48,684 nt of DNA from assembly GCA_004764695.1 (NCBI GenBank), contig SMSO01000015.1, forward strand, positions 45,734 through 94,417, read 5' to 3'. The notes under the pieces were generated by a model. That model did not search any database. It was given only the letters and a program-made list of their open reading frames with translations, and was not told where the DNA came from. Position 1 is the first letter of the stretch. Each line of letters begins with the position of its first letter. A program made the position numbers and the translations under genes. Origin of the DNA: Schizochytrium sp. TIO01. Taxonomy: Eukaryota > Protista > Bigyra: Labyrinthulomycetes. Below are positions 42,859-48,684 of the stretch, piece by piece.

Positions 42859-44640
42859 TTAAGCTATTGAAACAAAGTGGGGTTCTTTGACCGGGATAAT
42901 GGTGTTTGTAACAGAATCATATACCTGCACAAGTTGTGCAAGATCAGCGGTGCCAGGTCGGAGAGCCATAAAACGCAAGGGAACCTCAACAGCGCGACCC
43001 AGAACTTTGCCCACATGTAAGGACGCATCCAAAGGAATTACTGAAACACTAGTCATGTCTTCTGCAGCAGGAAGGACGACCCGCAGGTCTACCTCGGCAT
43101 GTGCTCTATTGCGAACAACCAACAAAAGCTGAAAGGAATCACCAGGACGAAGGTCTGTGCAGCCCTCATCACGTTCGAGTCGCAGGGACACAGGGTCAAA
43201 TACTCCACTAGCAAAATCCCACTCCACTCGATGCTTTCCGCGAACCTCTGCAACAGAGACGTCAGAAGTCCACGTCACAGTTGCAATACTTGTGTAGCGG
43301 CTGCCAATGCCCTCCGTATCAGCCTCTTGAGGTTCGACATAAGCCTGAGGGCTAATGTCCTCAAAATGGGACAGCAAGAAACACACAGTTTGCCTCTCAC
43401 CAGGGCGCAACTCCAAAGGGAGTACCCAACGTCCTAAACGAGTTACGCGCATACTGATAGGCCGATTCGTAAATGTATGAAGGGTCAAGTCCTTCAGGAC
43501 GACACACACATGAGCATGGGTATTCTCGCAAGAAACCTCGATGAAGCATTTGCTGTTCACTTGCTTATATCTCGACCGAATTGCTACACATCGCTCTTTG
43601 CGGACAGTATGCCTAACTTCTACAGTTTGGCGCTCAACAGGATGTGCCGAACTTGATGACTCTAGGACACGCTGAGCTCGAGGAAGGAGACCCAAGAACT
43701 GGTCCGGGTCGGCATCACGAAGCGCAGCGAGAGATACACGCCCCGCCTCTCGATTCAGACGAGTTCGAAACGTCGTCGACACATGTCGACAATAAAGCGT
43801 GAGCTCGAGCTCAGACCATTGATACGCAGTGCTGGCACCTCCTCCAGAACTTGTGGTGGGCATATCAATCTGAAAATAGTACACCGCGTATGCCTTTCGC
43901 AAGCGCTTCACAAGTGGGAGATTTTCTATTCCAGCAAGCTTTGCGGTGGCAGCTGCCTCTATCGTCGAGAATTTTCTGAGGGCCAACTTTGGCATATCTT
44001 TTTGCTCGGCTTCAGTTGTATCTGATGACTCCAAAGCCGGATCAATTGCCCCTTCCTCCTGAAGATCTTCTAAACCCGAATCTGATGGCTGAAAGGGACA
44101 CAGAAGCACAGCACTTGGGTGGCAGGTCTCGTCACTCACGTTGAGCATGATATCCAACGATCGACACATGCGTTTCATGTCTTCTGCGTCCTCCATTGTG
44201 CGAGCTGTCGTAGATTTCCCTTGATCCAGATCTTGTTGACTCTTTGGCTCTTTCTGCTCAATCAGAACATAAAATGTTGCCAATTCGCCGGGAAACGCAA
44301 AGTTTCGCTCCATCTCTGCGTTCACACAGTCGTATGTGCCATCATCCTCACTTACATCTTGACTGCCGGCTTCTTTCTCTTCGTGCTCACCGTTGCCATT
44401 CTCGGCCTGCTTTGCCTTGACCTGGCCAACTCCATCTGCAGTGACCGCCTTCTTTTGCGGCCTTTGTTGCTCGTTAAGACTCGCGAGACCAAGCAAGGTG
44501 TTCACGGCCACCGCTTGCCTGCGGTCAGCAGCAAGGACCACGCTCACCTGCGTAAATTGTGCAAGCTCCATGCTACTATGCAGTCTGGGTTTGGACTTTG
44601 ATTGACTGTCTGCCTTTTTCCTCCGCCTTTTTCTAAACAT
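42859..44640 (-). CDS. 593-aa protein, possibly TRAPP II-associated subunit (Trs65/TRAPPC13/14-like Ig-fold C terminus)
   Basis: Long intact ORF. The C-terminal pattern GDSFQLLLVVRN...VIPLDASLHVGKV...VPLRFMALRPG...VQVYD resembles Trs65/TRAPPC13-type domains; family assignment is from memory only. Confidence 0.45.
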   Translation of the reverse strand: MFRKRRRKKADSQSKSKPRLHSSMELAQFTQVSVVLAADRRQAVAVNTLLGLASLNEQQRPQKKAVTADGVGQVKAKQAENGNGEHEEKEAGSQDVSEDDGTYDCVNAEMERNFAFPGELATFYVLIEQKEPKSQQDLDQGKSTTARTMEDAEDMKRMCRSLDIMLNVSDETCHPSAVLLCPFQPSDSGLEDLQEEGAIDPALESSDTTEAEQKDMPKLALRKFSTIEAAATAKLAGIENLPLVKRLRKAYAVYYFQIDMPTTSSGGGASTAYQWSELELTLYCRHVSTTFRTRLNREAGRVSLAALRDADPDQFLGLLPRAQRVLESSSSAHPVERQTVEVRHTVRKERCVAIRSRYKQVNSKCFIEVSCENTHAHVCVVLKDLTLHTFTNRPISMRVTRLGRWVLPLELRPGERQTVCFLLSHFEDISPQAYVEPQEADTEGIGSRYTSIATVTWTSDVSVAEVRGKHRVEWDFASGVFDPVSLRLERDEGCTDLRPGDSFQLLLVVRNRAHAEVDLRVVLPAAEDMTSVSVIPLDASLHVGKVLGRAVEVPLRFMALRPGTADLAQLVQVYDSVTNTIIPVKEPHFVSIA

Positions 44641-44886
44641 AGCAGTATCTATCTACTCCCTACTTAACAATAACACGCACTCTCATGTATTATAGGCAAA
44701 TCTTTAATCTTTTATCTTTTGAACTGACTCACTTCCGCAGGCTTCTCCTATGAAGCCTTTCACTTGGGTAAAAATTCTAGTCAAAGCATATCAGTAGCGC
44801 CCATTGCTCAAAGAATAAATGCAGGTAGGAAAGAGCTTTAGACAATGAAAATATCTTCTCTTTAATCTTTTATTTTTTCTCTAAAA

Positions 44887-47800
44887 TCACCCAGTTCGTC
44901 TTTGCATGTTGTCTAAACGATCCGCTGCATATTCTCGTTCCTCGCGCGAATCGCCGACCAAACTGTCCCAGTTGACTTGTTGCTCCGTTATAACTTCCAA
45001 CTCATCCTCCTCGCCGCCATCTCTAAGGTTAGAGTCTTGGCGTAAGCATCTTGTATGTAGCTCACGATTGACCAGCATTCCGCTCTCAGCAAAGGTTGAG
45101 TCTACACTATTGGTCACGGCTGCTCTTTTCGGCGCCTCGTGCTGCTTGTCCACTTTCCCCGAGCCAGACCTTGTGCCGTGAGAGTTTACAGTCAAATTCG
45201 TTGGAGCCGGAGAAATTTCACCACACAGATGCATTGGATTTAAATCGTACATGACAAAATTATCCTTCTCATTCACATCTTCTCCGTCCGTATATTTCAC
45301 GAGCTTCCCTTGGATGGTAACCCCTTTGCTAGCTTTTACGTATTTCGCACGCTCAGAAATATATCGCTGGTTGATGCTCTTTGTAAAGCTTTCTCGACTA
45401 TACCGAAGCAACTCAACCATGCCACGGAATTCATTGTCCTTGAAAAGTCGTTTCTCATGAGAGTCATCAAGGATCGACGCAGCAGCTTGTCGCTTATCCA
45501 CCTGTCGAAGATATTTAGCCTCCTCTACTGTACCTTGAGAAATTAATCGGTAGACTCGTACAAACTGTTGTTGTCCAAGCCGGTGAGCGCGATCTTGGGC
45601 TTGGAGATCAGGCGTCGGGCTCCAGTCGGGATCAAAAATTACAACTTTTGATGCTCCCGTAAGATTTAAGCCTTCGCCTCCCGCGCGAGTAGACATGAGA
45701 AAAATAAATTGAAGCGGGTCTGCATTGAACTGTCGGCACATCTTCTGTCGCAAACTTTGCACAGTACTGCCGTCTAGACGCAAATATGGGTACGCCAGTG
45801 ACTGAATGTAACTTTCCAAAACATCCAAGAGAACCAAGGAATTGCTGAAAATAAGTACCTTAATGCCCCCCTTTGCCCGCCAGCGCTGCAAAAGTTGCCG
45901 AAGGACCAGCATTTTCCCACACTGAGTCTCATCGATCAAATGTTCCCAACGCCTTGACTGATAATAGTCATCAACAGGTGTGTGCGATTCGACGTCCGAA
46001 TTCCTGATTGCAGGAGAGAGTGTTTCTAAAATGCCTTCAGGGCGCTTCGCAAACGGGCCCAATATATACCTAGCCTTGCGAAGTTGTTTGTGGCGAACAA
46101 CTGGATTTTCTTCTCCTGGGTCCGCGCGGACTAGATCTAAATGATTTGCAATTTGAGCCAGCAATACAACTGCGGGCATTTGTATACATTTGGGGCACAT
46201 TCTGCATGGCGCAAATTTGTGCATCACCTTCCCGGATGTGCTATCTCGTTCGTCACTGGACTCCTCATCACTGCTATCATGTTTCGGCAACGATATCATT
46301 TTTTGGGCTTTTATTAAATCATTTGAAGCACTCTCTTTTGCGGCTTTGCCAGGCTCCTCTCTATCGTTATCATCCTCGTCACCGATGAGCTCTTGAACGA
46401 CATCGTTTTCAATCGTATCTACCTCATTAATGCTAAATTGTAAAGTTCCAACGGTGCTGTTTTTAGTTTCTTGATTTTTAAAATGAATTCGATGTTGCAT
46501 GCGCCATAGAGGGGCATCGAAGTCAATGCTTTGATCCACTGGACCACTTTCTTTGACATTGTTTGCAGGTATGGAAAGTTCCTTATCAGAAGCAGGGATA
46601 TCTCGATCAACCACACTTGACTTTCTTACTGCTGCAAGAAGCTTGATAAAGTCAGGAGAATTCAGCACACGAAGGTAGACTTGCTCTTGAAGAGGTGTCA
46701 AAGGGCACAGCACCATTGTGTCTTTTTTACCACTAAGACGATCAGCAATGACTTCCTTGCCTCGACGAAGAATAAGCCTTTCAAGTATCGAAACTCAACT
46801 TCTTCCTGACAGCTTGCTCTCGACGCATATCCTCACCCGTGGCAGACTGAAGGCCGGCCCCTGTTAAGTGGTCGGGCAACATACTTATCAAACGTACGTT
46901 GAGGACCAAGTTCGCAAGGGGCAAGGACATGCATTATGCCCCACAACTCATTCACACGATTACTTACAGGTGTTCCTGTAGCACCTAACTTGCATGCAGA
47001 CTTAAGCAGGCGTGCTTTTAATGAGTTCCCGGTTACTGGATTTTTAAGTCGATGGCATTCGTCAAAGACGACGACTCGCCAGGTGATCGAGGCAAAATGC
47101 TCATTCTCAGTGACTAAGTCTCGCATTCGCTCATAGCCTACAAGAACTAAATCCACTTTGCCATCTTTTTGCACGAAGAATCTTCTTCTCCACCAAATCC
47201 CTAGAGCATCCGCTTAAGTTTTCTACTGTAAAGTGGCCCCACCGCTTCTAATTCATTAGCCCAGTTGTCGACCACTGAGACAGGTACAACAAGTAAACCC
47301 GGCCCGCCTTCCCGTAGAAGCGAGATGCCTCTTCTTGCACGTAAAGTCGACGACGACACATAGCTTCATCACTACGTGCAAGTGCCAGTCTTGTGGAAAA
47401 TCGCCAACAGAAACAAACTACCTGAATCGTTTTGCCAAGGACCCATGACATCCGCCAAGATACCTCCTCGTGTGACCATACCGGGTGACACCATCCCTGA
47501 ATACACATCAAAGAGAAATTGTACACCATCTCGCTGATACGGCATTCAAGTAGCGGTTAGCTGTAGCAGGGATAAAAGCACGCCGTTTGAGAGGATGCAG
47601 TTGTCTTGCAAACATATCATATGCCATCAGTTGCGCCAAGCTCGGCAAATTGGCCGCGGCATGTTTGAAAACTACTCTCCAAAGTGGGCTCATCTTTGAT
47701 TCGCTGCAAGCAGAGATCCACCAAACTGCGGGAACTTTGAGTGATCTAGAGTGCCGAATTTGCTTGATAGGTGGCCCCAGATGAGTATTTATTCAAGGGA

Positions 47801-48657
47801 ACTTAATGTTGTTACCATTTTGTACACTTCTTCCTCCTGAGCAATTTTAGAACGTGTCCTGCGTTTTCCTTGACGTGCATCACTATCTTGTTCGAGTCGA
47901 GAAATGGAGTCTTGAATTGACGAAGCAAGCTCAAGACTTTGCTGAGGGAGGTCCGGGGTAAATAATCCTAGAACATAAGGCACCTTCAAATCCTCGTGCA
48001 AAGGTTTTGCAAGTTGAGGTCGTTCTTCTGTAGTTCCAAATTCTACGGAATCAATCAAAAATAAAGGGGGCGAGTCTTGAGAACGGGCTTTGCCCCTGTG
48101 TCTATATTTTTCTCGAAGCTGGCGCCGGCGCTCTTGTTCCTCGCGTTTTTCTTTGAGTTTTGTTTCTATATCACTGTGAATGTTAGTCTTCAGTGCTGGA
48201 GAGCTATCAGGCTTTCGACCTCGTTTATGCCCAGTGAGAACATCAGTGCCTCTCGTTTTAGGTTGAAGACGTGCATCAGCATGCGGGGATGCATCTTCTC
48301 GGGCCCGTCTACGCTTTGCACTAGGAGGCCTCCACTTGTCTAGCTCTCTATCTAGCTCCTCATCTGCGAGCACAAATCGTTCTTTGCGTGACCGGGATTT
48401 ACGAGGTGTCAAGTCGTTTGAGATGGGGAACCTTTATAATCACACCTAGAACGATCGTCCCTGCTAGTTTGGGAGTTCTTGCGATCACTGTCTGTTCCGT
48501 GCCTATTGTAGTCATCGTCATCCGTCTCACTCCCCCCTCCAATCGTATACTCTAAAAATTGTTTGGTGCGCAAAGCACGTGTAGGCTGAGAAGTGCTGCT
48601 GCTTGCTTGCGGCGAGCTAGTGTTGCCATTCGATGACTTCCGCCTCGAAGCATTCAT
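44887..48657 (-). CDS. ERCC6L2: SNF2-family ATPase, ERCC6L2/Rad26-like; multiple frameshifts in the 5' half
   Basis: GKTIQV, VVFDECHRLKN, GATGTPVSNRVNELW, KVLIFS, RLDGST, STRAGGEGLNLTGA, QAQDRAHRLGQ; CPKC...LAQIANHL and YLRQVDKRQ fit the ERCC6L2 subgroup. Pieces lie in ORFs 44887-46716, 46833-47174, 47248-47693 and probably 47789-48657. Confidence 0.75.
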
Positions 48658-48684
48658 GGAGGGAATATAGCCTGAAAGAATTGA

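Overview
Eukaryotic, intron-containing genomic DNA from a thraustochytrid (Labyrinthulomycetes). The 18S sequence looks like Aurantiochytrium; this is recognition from memory, not a database search. Contents from left to right: the 3' half of a Ty1/copia LTR retrotransposon; an LRR + RBR-like (RING...RING2) gene; a cytochrome P450 fragment; three tRNA genes (one lacking its T-loop); one complete 18S-5.8S-28S rDNA unit on the minus strand; an LRR gene built from nine near-identical ~385-bp exon+intron cassettes; a divergently transcribed LRR-ROC-COR (ROCO) gene; and four housekeeping-type genes (C2/MCTP-like, CHK2-like, possible TRAPP subunit, ERCC6L2-like SNF2). The ORF track misses the main signal. 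All three LRR genes share one architecture: a related N-cap exon, then one 28-aa LRR per 84-nt phase-2/phase-2 exon, then a single large terminal exon carrying a different output domain (E3-like, unknown, ROC-COR). In one of them the introns and repeat scaffold are almost homogenised, while four codons at the splice junction, on the predicted ligand-binding beta-strand, are hypervariable. This is a candidate exon-shuffling, immune-receptor-like system, including a head-to-head gene pair. Exon models were derived by hand from GT..AG signals and reading frame; there is no transcript evidence here.
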